Assembly: GCA_036785375.1 (NCBI GenBank)
Contig: JAWMAR010000118.1
Location: 5,456,001 to 5,520,000 of the forward strand
Direction of reading: 5' to 3'
DNA length: 64,000 bases
Source of the DNA: Leucoraja ocellata
Taxonomy: Eukaryota
Both the position numbers and the translations under genes were made by a program. The notes under the pieces were generated by a model. It ran no database searches and was not told where the DNA came from. It was given only the letters and a program-made list of their open reading frames with translations. Position 1 is the stretch's first letter. Every line of letters begins with the position of its first letter. Shown piece by piece: positions 51,383-64,000 of the stretch.

Positions 51383-53709
51383 CTCCCACCCAGATCTCAG
51401 GATTCAACATGAGGAAATGTGCAAAATTTAAAAAAGACGGATTGTGTGTAAATAAGCTTCCACTCGTATATTCAGTGTGTAAAAAAATTAAACAGTAAAT
51501 ATAAAATGGCTTTCAATCCATCTCCTCCTAACTATTGATGTTCCTCAACCACTTTGTGATCAACGATGGCATATTTTTATGCATCTCTGCCTCTTCCTTA
51601 GCACTAAATCTTTGTTGTGGGCATTTTATTTCTCCTGCGTCCCAAGTCTAATCCTCCTTGTGAGTGCTATTTATCTGTGCTCGTGTCAGATGGTGATACT
51701 TTTCAAAACTCTGAAATGATTGCTGTATTTATGTGGAATTTTGCGAACAAACTCCTGTGAGAAAGTTAATCAACTGACGGATTTATTTATCAACTTATTT
51801 GCATTTGTTGTAATATGTTTCCAAAGCATAATTTGCCGTAACATCATTCAAACACTTCATATGTTATCGTGTAAAAAATATTAATGACAGTGCGACATAG
51901 AATGTTTCTTTCATTTATTTTTTAAGCGAAGATCCTTTAAATTACAACATTTTTTTTAAGAACCTTGAAAGCCACTTCCAGAATGCAGTGTAGAATTCAG
52001 TTTAAAACCCAGGGATTCTTCCAATTTTGGAATACATATTTTGTATTCTTTAGCACTTTCTCTTTTTCTCTTTAGATCTGGTAAATAGAAATTTTATTGG
52101 CGAGTAACTGTATTGTGATATTGTTTATTGTACAGTACATGTATTTTCAATTTGAATTATAAATATATTTTGAGACTGAAAGTGCAACATAGGATGAATA
52201 AATCATTTTAAAGTGCATCCATAAATCTGGCAGTTTCAAACTGGCGGGATAAAGCTACCCTTCATTGGGGAAAGGTGGCGAAGAGTTATAGTAATTAACC
52301 CATTACTGCTATTGCATTTGGACATTTCATCTTGAGCATCTCTTAGTGTGTCTAGTTAGTATTTAAACCGTGCCAGATGTGGTTTCATTATAGGTATTGT
52401 GACTATTGTGCAGCATACATTTTATAATAATGTGTTGGATGGGACATGACGTTAAATTAAGTTTATAGAACACACTGAATATATAACTAAGTAAGACCAG
52501 TTGATTCTTAACAATGTAAAAAATAAGTTGTCAGAAAAGATTGCAGAAATGTTGCCAAACAGATGCGAAAGGATTAAAGGATTAACTTCAGGGTCAGGCC
52601 TATTCACTTGCTAATATATTCATGGCGCTAATGATAGGACAGTTCACACCTACTGTCAACTAGAAGCAGAAAACGGTTTAGCGTGTTTGTGTGCATTGAG
52701 GTTTTAAGTCACAACTAGTGTATTTTGACATTTGATGAGACCCAGCCATAATGGAAAAAAAGAATAAGTCGTCTCAAAATACTGTCTTTTGAAAATGGGT
52801 TGACATTTGGAAATTATATACTAATCGGATTAAGAAGCATAATAGTAGGATGAAAAATGGTTTTCAGTTTATTTCTGTAATTTCTGATTTTCAAGTTAAA
52901 ATAGCACAAAAATGTGCACCATCATAGATTTCAGCCTAAAGTATTTAACAGTGAAGAGGAGACACTTAATCCCAGTGGATGGCAGTATGCTGCTTTTGTA
53001 TGAAATCACTGTAACTAAAACCCTAGATTGATTTGGAACATCTTATCTCATTTGTTATGTATATTGCAATTTCCCATCCAATATATTAACAGCAACATGG
53101 TATTTGCAGCAGACTTGGCCCTTGCGTTTCTCAAGAACAATGGTGCATGCTAATTATCTCCTGATATTAAAGTATAACATTGTAAAGTTCCTTGTTAAAA
53201 AGTGGTGAAAACTATCAGACGTTTTGAACAATGTTATAAATAAGTGGAAAATAAAGCGATACTTAAAGGATAACTTTTGGTGCTTTGGTATCGTGTTGCA
53301 AACACAAATAGAATGGACACACATCTGATGTCATTGTAGGTTTCATTGATGCACAAGCATTGGAGGATATGGGTCAATGGTGCTGCAGATTCACCCAGGA
53401 AATTGGACACTGCTCTTCCTTAATTTATGGAGCTACATAGACTTTTTGTTTGGAAGACTGGTGCTCTGAAAATTGAATCGATAGTAAACCTGTTGTGGAA
53501 AAAGTATGATTTCACAAGGAAATGTAGGCGATATGCTTCCATGGCATTGTGGTGTTGCCTTACAGTAACGAGTGGAATTGTATTTGTTGTAATTTGCTGG
53601 AGGGATGGAGGTAAATCCATATCCAGAATCTCCTTTCCGTCTTGTTTTACTCATAAGCTGAACTCTTCACAAAGGTGCTATAATCAGTAAAAGAATAACA
53701 ATGTGCACC

Positions 53710-54022
53710 AAAAGCAAGAAGCAAAACACTAGAGGAATTCAACAGTTTAAGAAGTAACTGCAGATGCTGGAAAAATCGAAGGTAGATAAAAATGCTGGAG
53801 AAACTCAGCGGGTGGGGCAGCATCTATGGAGCGAAGGAATAGGAACTCAACTGGTTAGGCAACATCTGTGAAGGAAAATGGACAGGTGGGGTTTCAGCAT
53901 GGGGTAGGGTCCTGGCCTGAAACGTCACCTATCCATTTCCCTCCACAGATACTGCGTGACACGCTCTGTTCCTCCAGCACTTTGTTTTGCGCTCAGGATT
54001 CCCGCATCTGCCGTCTCTTGTG
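53710..54022. mobile_element. Nested Penelope-derived short elements
   Basis: Arm ctgcagatgctgg...gcagcatctatggag inside an older fold-back copy containing gggtcctggcctgaaacgtcacc. Confidence 0.7.
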
Positions 54023-55455
54023 TCAACAAAATGCACTTACATATATTGTAAGTTGTATTTTGTATTTGCTGTTGTGGCTTGTTCCATGCAACAAATGTGC
54101 TGAACATTACCCTAACGAAAGATTTGGAGATTGTTTCTAAGTGAATTCAGTATCATTTTCATATTTTGTAATGAGGGAAAATGTGTTTTTTTTTAAATAA
54201 CGATCTCATTGGGACAGGGGAGAATGAGATACCAAGCTAATTATTTTTTCAACCAAATAGTGAATATTCAAAGTTCATTTATCCTCCCCAGGGAACCTTT
54301 TTGCCGCTACAATTAAAGTCAGTATTTTTTTTTCACATTGTATATATGTTAATTATTACATTTACAAAGTAACGGAATTTGTTGTATATGTGCTGCCTGA
54401 TGGAGCAGAGAAATAGTGGCAATGTTCCTATGAAGGCCTATACTGTTATCAAGTAACGAGAAATATCTATTTTTGTAAGCCATATCATCAAATGTAAGAT
54501 GCAGACCCCTCTACAATTACTGGCTGTGACCAGGAGGACCGTGTTCATCCAGGCTCGCTGGGAGTTCTCCAAGGTAATTGAAATTCTACCTCCATAGAGT
54601 TCAGATGAGAAGTGATATGAAGATGTGGGAAAACCTGAGCTGAATTGATTTTTTTTCCCCTTAATGTTTGGACAAAGAAATAACTTAGCTAAGTGTAGCA
54701 GAGATGATAAGCGCATTCAGTAATGGTAGATTAAGAGGCCTGCATCAGTTAACACAGACTGTATTTTATTCTCCCTCTATGTGCTGCCATGTTTAGATTG
54801 GAGATTAATTGCAATAGAATTACTGTACGTCTGTTTGTTTTTTTAACAATTGCAAATTACATTAAACAGCCAATGTGTTTTCTAATATGATTGTTCTTAC
54901 CTGATAATTGGGATGGCGCCACAAGAGATTTTGATAAGAAATTCATAAACACTCTTTTATGAAGCCCTCGTGACTTCATTTTGTGACTATCTAGAGTGAC
55001 AAATTATTTGAAGAAAGCAGACATACACACAAAACACAATGCTCTGTTTCTTTCAGCGTTATGGCTCTTTGTTTATTTTTTCAAATATTTGCCCTGTGTT
55101 ATCTTGCATATGATGAGGAATATCATGAAATGCTATACAGCAGCAATGTTTCCTGGCTAATTTCTTTTTTTCCTGCTCCTCCTGTAGCCTGATAGCTGTA
55201 CATGGGCAAAAAGTATGAAATTGTTATCTGTTCTTGCAATTAGAGATCAGCCTTTTTCATTCCAATCCTATTTGAAGATTGATTTGATTTTCGTCCAATA
55301 ACAAAAATATACCAGAACACAGCTTGGGTTTTGTGGAGATATCTGTAGCTGTGAAGTGTTAATTGCAATTTAGATAAGGATTAGAAGGACCATATCTCAG
55401 TAGACCACATTTATTTGCAAGTGCTGTACTGTAATGCATCATGATTTCTTGGGGT

Positions 55456-55550
55456 TGTGTGTGTGTTTGTTTGTGTGTGTGTCTGTGTTAGATGGTCTGT
55501 CTGTCTGTATGTGTGTGTCTGTGTCTGTGTCTATGTGTGCGTGTGTGTGT
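55456..55550. repeat. Degenerate (TG)n microsatellite
   Basis: TG/TC array. Confidence 0.9.
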
Positions 55551-55917
55551 TTACAGAGTGCCCACATTTAGATAATGTGGATCTGGCAAGCCCTCCTGCC
55601 AGCATCACCACACTACATGCAGGGGTTTGGAGAATGGTAGAGCAGACTTCTTAAATGTGCAAAATTTCTAGTTCTAAACTAACTTCGTCTGCTGAATTGA
55701 CCTGATTTACATGACTTTTCCCTCACTGTCCTTTCTATCTCAACTTCTTCGGCTCTGATTCATTATCTTAACTGCTGTGTTACCTGCTTTATAGACAATA
55801 GACAATAGGTGCAGGAGTAGGCCATTTGGCCCTTTGAGCCATTCAATGTGATCATGGCTGATCATGGCATTCTTCAACTCAGCTGGGTACTTAGTGACTG
55901 ACCAGTTGTTTAAGTGA

Positions 55918-56077
55918 TGTTTAAGAAAGAACTGTAGATGCTGGAAAGATCGAAGGTGAAGTTAGACCTAAAATGCTGAGTAACTCAGCGGGTCAGGCAG
56001 CATCCCTGGAGAAAATGGATAGGTGACGTTTTGGTTCGGGACCTCTTTGCGGACTGGTCATGACCCAAAATATTCTT
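55918..56077 (-). mobile_element. Penelope-derived short element with 15-bp TSD
   Basis: cagttgttt(a/g)agtga at 55903-55917 and 56078-56092 flanks the family arm. Confidence 0.8.
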
Positions 56078-56674
56078 CAGTTGTTTGAGTGAGTTGGGCA
56101 GAAGGTGTATTCCACTTTCCTAGCACAGTACAGTTTTATTTACATGCAAAATGCCATAGAAATACCAGTTATTGTGTCCGATGTATGTTTTAATCTGCTA
56201 TTGAATTATTATTTGAGGATTGTCCATTGCTTCTCTTGCCAGAAAATAAAAAAAATTACATATGTACAACTAATAAAATTTACATTAATTAAATTGAACA
56301 TTACAGTAATTTTTTTCCTCTGGTCCCCAAGAGATAATAATGTCTGAACTGATTTTATCCATTCGGTTAAATCTGATCTACGCTCTATTTGAGAAAGAAC
56401 TTCATAATTTTAAATCCAGCCTCGTGAGCGTGCCCGTTTTAAATAGGTTGAGACCGTCGTGTGGCACTAAACAGGGTAGAGGAGAGTGTAAACATAGGTT
56501 TCTGTGGGATTGGGGGTCACAATGAGCTTACAACGTACAGTAATTGAGGGGGGAATATCATCATGATGGTTTTGATGGCCGCTCAGACATGAGAAGGTTG
56601 AGAACATTGGGTAAGGGGCTGGGGTAAATCCAACACTACCTCCCTGAAGATAATCACAAAGATATTAAAAGGAA

Positions 56675-56868
56675 ATTGCTGGAGTAACTCAGCAGGTCAG
56701 GCAGCACCTCTGGTGATGTTATGGTCGAGATCCGAGTCTGAAGAAGGGACTCGACCTGAAATGTCACCTATTAATTTTCTCCAGAGATACTGCCTGACCC
56801 ATTGAGTTACACGAGCATTTTGTATCTATCTTCGGTGTAAATCAGCATCTGCAGTTCCTTCCTACTAC
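56675..56868. mobile_element. Penelope-derived fold-back element
   Basis: gctggagtaactcagcaggtcaggcagca left arm; CTGAAGAAGGGACTCGACCTGAAATGTCACC at 56738; right arm ending gcatctgcagttcc. Confidence 0.8.
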
Positions 56869-59800
56869 ATATTTTAAAAAGTACCTCTAACTTAAGCTTA
56901 CAACTTTGTATATTTCCATATTTTATTTGAATTATATATTACTTATGAGTGAGGTTATTTTGTAAACGTGAATAAAAAAAACTATATCCAGATGGTGAAG
57001 TATGGTACAGAAACTTGTAGTTTGTACTCTTGGAAATGCAGCTAAGGGAATTCCAGGAAGCGGAAAGATTTGGTTACCCTCTGTAAATGAAATCTTGCAC
57101 TTTCCATCTTAAACATGTTTCTATAACGTGTCAGAAGTAACATCTCTTTCAAAATCTTCAACTGCAACAGACGTTTAGATCAGGGACACGCAAATAAAAT
57201 GATCTGTGAAATGTGGCCTGGGAGAGAAGGTGCTGGGCTCTGCTTGATTCCTAATTAATTGACTTTTTTAATTACTCGCATGCTATGCATTATTTGGAGC
57301 GCGTATGGAGTGCGGAATTAAATGTATTGTAGTGGTTAAAGAGTTATGTCTCATGATTAGCTGATATGAAATGGGAAACCACAATTCACTTTGCCAGTTT
57401 AAAGAAGCTAAATGATGCATCTATAAAGGTGATGTATAGTGTACTGATATAGTGCATACAAATGCACTGCATTAACCCTGCAAATACTACATGGTCAGTT
57501 TGAGAAATCACTTTTTTATGAAAATCCTAAAATTAAATTAACATGGTATGCAAGACAGAATAATAGCAAGTCGGGTTCTGAAATCCCTTTGCTGCCTTCT
57601 ATAGTTCCATAGTGCCATAGCGCTGGTTTATCAAATCATCATGATTTGTGGGGATTTCTCTATAGTCAAATTAAGAAAGTTGCACAATACTTTTACCTTA
57701 AATATATGTAGATTGTTTTTCCTATTATTTTAGTATTATCATAGGGTTTAAATGGGGTGAAGGTTTTTGAATCTATTCCCCTGAACATACCCGTCACTTG
57801 ATTTAGTGTTGAAGTTGTTAATAGCATCAAAAGCAGACCACCCACAGTCCACAAAGAGCTATTAACATATCAAAATGGTAGGGTGCCTGAGACCTGTCAC
57901 CTTTTTTTTTTGCTATGTGACAATTGCATTGCCTGATGCACATGGAGATTATTTTATCAGTTGCTCATAACAGTTGGGCAGCAATGTGTCTTCTGAGGGT
58001 AGGCTGAGTATTTGATGCTAGTGGGCTTCCTTGAATTCTCTCCACTTTCTAAATACAAGTGCATGTTGGCAGAGCCTTGGTTGCAGCATGAAACATTGTG
58101 TAAATTCATTGTGCCCTGGAAAGAAGCTTAGAGTCACTACTGCCCTCTATTGTCAGAAATGGAACGGCAGGACATTTTAACGACCAGTTTTAAAATTCCC
58201 CACGATGTTTCCTAGCACAACGTTCCTGGAATGCCTGCTGCTGTTTTTTTCCCTGAAATAAAAAAAACAATAGTGCTCATAATGCCTTTGACCAAATAGT
58301 TCCTATTACTTTTCATCAATGAGATACAAAACATTTCAGAGCATCACATGAGACCTAATTATTGGTGATTATTAAAAAGATGTATGGCTTACTTAGTCAC
58401 CTGTTTAATAGCTACAGAGACTACAAGGTGTAGATCAACATTTCTGATGACAACTCTGGCATTGCGAGTAAAATGGATATGAATACACATTTGCCGAATA
58501 TACTGACATCCATCTGCAGACTCTTTCGAGAACTCTGTCATCAACAGAAACATTCCACAAATCCACTGGTTACAAAACAAGTTGAAAGTACTTTTCAAAA
58601 GCACAATTTTAGATATCAAGTCTTTTTTTTTTTTGTGCAGTGATAGCTTCCCAAAATGCTTCAAAATCCTGATGAAATGACATCAAGAGAGTACGCAACA
58701 TAATATTTTTCTTCCAATAATTTACTGCACAAGGATAAAATGGAAGGAACAAAATGTTTAAAATACATAATTTGCCATTTGAAATACCTCCGTATTTTTT
58801 CAATGGTCGGGTAATGTTCACACGTGCAGTGGGTGGAAGTGATCTAAATCTTTGTACATGTATATCAGTCTTAACATGAGGTGTGCTTAGAATGATTCTC
58901 AAGCTTAAATGCCTTTGATCTTGCAAAGGTAAAAACAGTTAGTAAATGCTCTTCAAAATGTAAATTTACATAGCCTTTAATATTTTTCTTGCTTGGTTGC
59001 AATGATCTACAGTATATCACCAAGTTAAAATATTTTTCTGAATTGCATTGCATCGCACTGAATACTTTGCATTAATTTTACAGAGAACCTTGAGCACCTA
59101 TGAATAGTTCTGCGTCTATTCTAATCCACAGCAAGGATGGCTGCAGGAGATTTACAAGACAAAGCATTGTATTTACATCCATTGGAATGAAATTTAGTTT
59201 TATTTGAGCGATTATTGTATCTAGTTAATGCTTTGCTCTGTGTTAGGTTTTTGAATGTACGCATCAGTAGGGCACAGGAGCAAAGAAGCGAAGTTAATTT
59301 TTTCAAGGAACATTCAGTACATTACCTGTTATGATGACTTTGCCATTAATGGAACAATCAAAATTAATCTGAATAAATTTAGAAATTAATAACCTATGAA
59401 CACCAGAGAAATATCATATTTGTAGAATTTGCAATCCACTTCACGGTATAAATGAGTATTCTGGATGCTTGGGTGTAATAATGATACTGATATCATACCA
59501 TGCTGATTACATTTGGAAAAATAAAATGCAAGGAAATGCCAATAGATTTCTGAAATCTTGTGTTTAGAGATCTTGTAAAGGTGGCTGGATCCCTGGTTTG
59601 GAAAGTTGCGTGAAATGCTGCATTGTTTTATGTGGTAAATTGCACTGTTTCTGTGGCATTGTGTTAAAATGCATTGTGACCACCTCCCTGCCACCACCTC
59701 CCCATTCCCGTAAAGGAGTTGTTCTGAGCGCAAAAGACATTGCTGTGGTCAGTGGGCTACTTTCATTGTAGCTCTGTCGATCGGTGTTTTGTGTGCACAG

Positions 59801-61929
59801 GCTTTGTGAAGCATTCTGTATACAAATACACAGCACGTTGCGAGCGCTTTCATCCATGCTTATTGCCAAACATTGGGTTAATGTAAAGTTTGTGTTCAGA
59901 AAGGATGCGGAATTCTGATGCTGACAAGCGCAAAGCGGTTGAGTCTAAGACGAGGCAGATTTTTGCAGGTTCTGTTTGTACCTGTTGTGGTTAGTTGATT
60001 CAACCCCACCGAAAATCAGGATTCGACACAAATAAATGTGAAATGGGTCGGGCTGGTCAATACCATATGATCAAGGCCATTGCACATGATAACATTTCTT
60101 CTAAGCAACAAATCATAGACAAAATGGATTGAGGTGTGTACTGTCAGTACAAAATATAACGATATCACGGGGCGGTCATGTGCGATTGATGGAGCTAGGT
60201 GCACTGTTGTTCCTCCTGTTTGTAGCCAGCAAGGATTAAATAAAACTTGTCCTTAACTGTGTAACGGCTCTTTAAAGGGAAGGGTCTGAAGAAGATAATG
60301 TTTCTATTTAAAATGTTCTCTTGGGTGATTTGAAAGTCAAAGGGGCTGGATGCAGTCATGTGGCATTTTATCTAAAGAAGCATAATGTGGTTGAGGAAGA
60401 ATGTGTTTCTGAACTGTGGAAAGGACTATGCTTATACTGATTATTAAATGCTAAGATCTCCTAATAATATAGATTTAATGTGTGCCATTTTTGTGTGTTG
60501 GTGTGGGGGGTTGTGTGTGCGAGGTGAAATCCAATAATATTAATTTACTACATTTAATTTAGTAATTGGATAAGTTGAATTTAAATTATAAAATAAGGAA
60601 GTATGGAACCTCAAAACAATGATGTTTAATTTCTGAATTATTGTTTGTTAATCGTATTAGTTTAGTCGACCCCACCAGTAGTCTTTGATAGCATAATAAA
60701 TATACATAGACATTTTTTAAATTAAGATTAGAGACAATACAATTAGAAATTGATGAAATCCACAAATGTACTTGAAGCTGGTCGGCAGCCATTCGATAAT
60801 TAGGTGGAATTTTTGTTGTTGTTAAATATATTCAACGTGTCCTGACTGATTACCAGACCTTTAGGAAACCCTTTCAGGAAAGCAACTGCCTGCAACACTG
60901 TGCCTGCTGAATGGTTAATTTAACATCAGAAGCAATTCTGAGACGGCCTTGTTTTTGGACACTAAAAAGGGTTTACATTGGGTTAACGGAATGCAGAGGG
61001 ACAGCCAGCTGTTGGAGCTCACTTTATTTGAAGGAGACCATGATTGGAGGAGCTGTATTTCAGAACAGTTCCTGCAATGGCTTTGACTACGCCGGTTAGC
61101 CTTTCCACAATTGCTTCGAGCCACATTGTCGTATTGCTCTGTAGCAGGCAATTCATGTCAACACAGTAAAGATATCGGTGCTTGCACAAGGGAAGCATTT
61201 GTCATCATACTTCTGGAGCATCCAGAGTTTTCAAATTGGGTATGAAGACGTGAAACGCTCTGATGAGTTTTTCTATCATCGTCATTCCTGAACTCTCAGC
61301 TTCGTGCTAAATTTGCAAGTGGCATTTAAAAAAAAAAAAGCTGTCAGCGTGCAACACTTCAGCAAAATGAAATAATATGTAAGACCTATTATCCAATACA
61401 AACTTAAATTTCAGAGGTAAAAATCTCAAGCCTTCCCTTCAAAATGACCTAAAATTTAGATTTTACTCTATTATATTATGTTTAATACATTTCTAAAAAG
61501 TGTTTGACTTTAAAATATTTAACCGAGTCACATGAATCTTCTCATAGGAAAGGCCATTCAGTTCAAACAGGAATAAAAATGCGATTGCGTTTTATAAAAT
61601 AAATAATGCTAAATAGAAATTGCCATTGTACTTTCAGCGATAAAATATATAAAATGGTATAGAGAAACTGAGGCAAAGTAATGATCGAAACTTGTAAAAT
61701 TATTTGTCAGCTCAAGCTGTCATTTTCACAGAAACTTTTGCAGCGGTATATGAGCAAGGTCCCTTTAAGTTTTCATTTTCGCAGTGCTTTAAGTCTAATA
61801 AAAATTGTGCTTTAAATGCTGTACAACGTATATGGTTGTGGAATTTTGTCTCCCTCCTCCCAGTTTACTGATTTCCCGCCTACTGTACCTGCATTGCTTC
61901 CCTTAGCCAGTGTAGGAATTGTCCTGTCT

Positions 61930-62020
61930 GCAGTGCTTTGCTCTGAGTGGCTACAATCCCACCAATGCGAAGACTGGTGAGGTCGGGGATTGCATATGTA
62001 AAGACCTGCTTCATATTAAT
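61930..62020 (+). promoter_or_regulatory. Putative ESRRG proximal promoter
   Basis: Immediately upstream of the ESRRG 5' UTR; CCAAT at 61962-61966 and AT-rich tattaata near 62014; repeat-free. Confidence 0.55.
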
Positions 62021-62189
62021 AAGCTCCAATCGGGACTTTAAGACCTTGATTAGGAGAGTGCGAGCTTGGTCCCAGCTGGCTTTGCCTATAGGCTGTCACC
62101 AGAGAACATTTGTGTTAATTGTGCCACTCTGTCAGGGAACTTTGATTTATTGCCAGGAGTGTGGACTCGAATAATGGTGCTGAGCGCAC
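62021..62189 (+). other. ESRRG: ESRRG 5' UTR of the long-isoform first coding exon
   Basis: aagctccaatcggg.ctttaag.ccttgattaggagagtg...gcctataggct...gaacatttgtgttaattg...actttgatttat...aataatggt...cgcacATG closely follows the mammalian ESRRG UTR as recalled; the 5' boundary is approximate. Confidence 0.8.
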
Positions 62190-62245
62190 ATGGATTTTGT
62201 AGAACTTTGTCTCCCTGAATCTTTTTCTCTCCGCTACAACGAAGA
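62190..62245 (+). CDS. ESRRG: Estrogen-related receptor gamma, first coding exon (56 nt, phase 2); rest of the gene lies beyond the window
   Basis: Encodes MDFVELCLPESFSLRYNE(E), versus human ERR-gamma N-terminus MDSVELCLPESFSLHYEEE; followed by donor GTAGGT at 62246. Confidence 0.93.
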
Positions 62246-62509
62246 GTAGGTACCCTTTTCTTTCCATTACGGGCTTTTTTTTTGTTTTACAGGGCTACTG
62301 GGGATTTGTTGTATATGTGTCTGTCCCTGTGTGTCTGTGCTGCCTGCTTGCATGTTTTGTGCCAGGATTATGTCCTACTCTTCTGTGTAACGGATGTTCT
62401 CTGAATTATCTCCAGATTCCCAGAAGCAGTCTACTGTTACTGCATATTGTGCTGCTATTTGTAATGTAGCCAAAGATGTGAAAAAGCCATCGGAATGGAC
62501 AAGGTCTCT

Positions 62510-62575
62510 GCTGTGTGTATGTGTCTGTGAGTGTGTCTGTGCCTGCGTGTATGTGTTTGTGTGAGTGAGAGAGAA
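62510..62575. repeat. (TG)n/(GA)n microsatellite in the ESRRG intron
   Basis: Dinucleotide array. Confidence 0.85.
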
Positions 62576-64000
62576 ACAGATAATACCTTTTTTTTAAATG
62601 ATGTTTTATTTTATTCTCAAAGCAAATTACTGTGAATGTCTTTTATAATGCACTTGATGTAGTTGCATCCAAATGAAATTTGTACAGCATAGCTTTTGTT
62701 ACTGATTTTAAGCAGAGATTTTTTTTTAACAGGCAGCTTGCCGCAAACGAGGAAAGGGAGAATAAAATCTAGCTGACAACTTGTATCAAGTTCTCTCACT
62801 TTTCATTGTACTATTTAAACGATTGTCCCTTTAAATGATCGCCCCTGTTCAAGGAGCAACAGGCAAGGGCTATGGGAAGAACGTCACAAACCTGTATGAA
62901 AATACCTTCACATCTTGAAATGCTTCAAATAGAGTTTTCTCCCGCTGTTCGGCAGGTTTTGCATATTTGCACGGAGCTTTAAATATTGCAAGAGGTCAGA
63001 TGCTCCGTTTGAAAGATGCAAGATGTACTGTATGACAACCTTGTATTCAAAGGGAAGAGGCTATTTAGTATGTTCATTTGAATGCTTTTTGCTGCACCTC
63101 TTTTGTTGTCAGAGCCTCCAGTGATATAGTAATTAACCTGCAGTAAAAATAAAACCCATGCGACTCCTGATTTCATTCCCACACAAAAAGCTTTTTTTTT
63201 TAAATAAATTTATTCCCTGGCTTTGTGGTCGCTATAAATTACAAAGATTAGAATGCTACAAATGATATTTTAATTGGCGAGACTGTGGCAAAAAGCAATA
63301 TATTTTTGATCTGCTCGGAATGTGTATCTGTGCCTATGGTTAAGCTCTCTGGAGGAAATAGGCGATTACACTGGAGCAGTTTGTGCAGTATTATCTCTTT
63401 TACATTCACTCGCCTTGTATTAAATTGTCATTGTCCTAAACCAAGAAAGAAATGAATTGCAGCTTTCAATACTGCCAGACAGTGAAATATTTACCCTCTT
63501 GTGTCCCCAATCATACTTCACGCGTGTTTGATGGCGTGACTCTGACACCAACAATCTTGCCGGTTTGATGCTCACTTACAGCTTCTTCCTTTGCGTTCAC
63601 CTCCCCGGACTTTACGCCACAGTAAAAAAAAAAGTGACGCGTCAGATTCCCAACATTACTTTCTCTGCTTTGTTTCCTTTGAAGTGCCTGTTTGTTCTTC
63701 AAGGGGGACTCATCTCAGATGGAAGCAAAATATAAATTCATAAAACGCCACATTAAAGGGTGGTGGAGCGGCCGGATTCAGATCTTGCTGGACAAAATGG
63801 CCTTCTCTTAAATGACCACTGTAGGCGTGAGCCAGGCGCAGTTGTTCATTGCAGTGGCTGCTTTACTGTACCCATATGGAGCTATGTAATTGGCTTCAGA
63901 TTGTATTAGTCAGTAGAGCCTTACAGATCAGCACTGTCAGGTTTTAACATTAGTATGAATGACACCTGTCCAATCAATCATGTGGCCAGAGCTCTACAGA

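Noticed and set aside
62246-64000. Further ESRRG coding exons
   Set aside because: No LLCRMSNKD- or zinc-finger-encoding sequence found; the next exon must lie beyond the window

Overview
Vertebrate genomic DNA, almost certainly from a cartilaginous fish (skate or ray type repeat landscape: HE1-like V-SINEs, CR1/HER1-like LINE tails, Penelope-derived short elements). The only recognisable host coding sequence is the first coding exon of ESRRG (estrogen-related receptor gamma; MDFVELCLPESFSLRYNEE, 62190-62245, + strand) with its 5' UTR and promoter. The preceding ~62 kb is therefore ESRRG upstream or 5'-UTR-intron sequence, containing a candidate alternative promoter/first exon near 30.6-31.1 kb and several blocks that look like conserved non-coding elements. 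Mobile elements include a decayed full-length IR/DR Tc1 (DD34E), two Harbinger-type MITEs, a canonical non-autonomous Helitron and many CR1 and SINE copies. The most notable items are: (1) an abundant family of short, often fold-back, Penelope-derived elements carrying minimal type I hammerhead ribozyme motifs, several bounded by 10-17 bp target duplications; (2) a decayed, apparently intronless TNF-receptor/death-receptor-like sequence that is partially duplicated across an assembly gap; (3) a strong-context upstream ORF overlapping the ESRRG long-isoform start codon. Nearly all ORFs in the supplied track are spurious. Homology statements come from recalled family motifs, not from searches, and repeat boundaries are approximate unless a target site is quoted.
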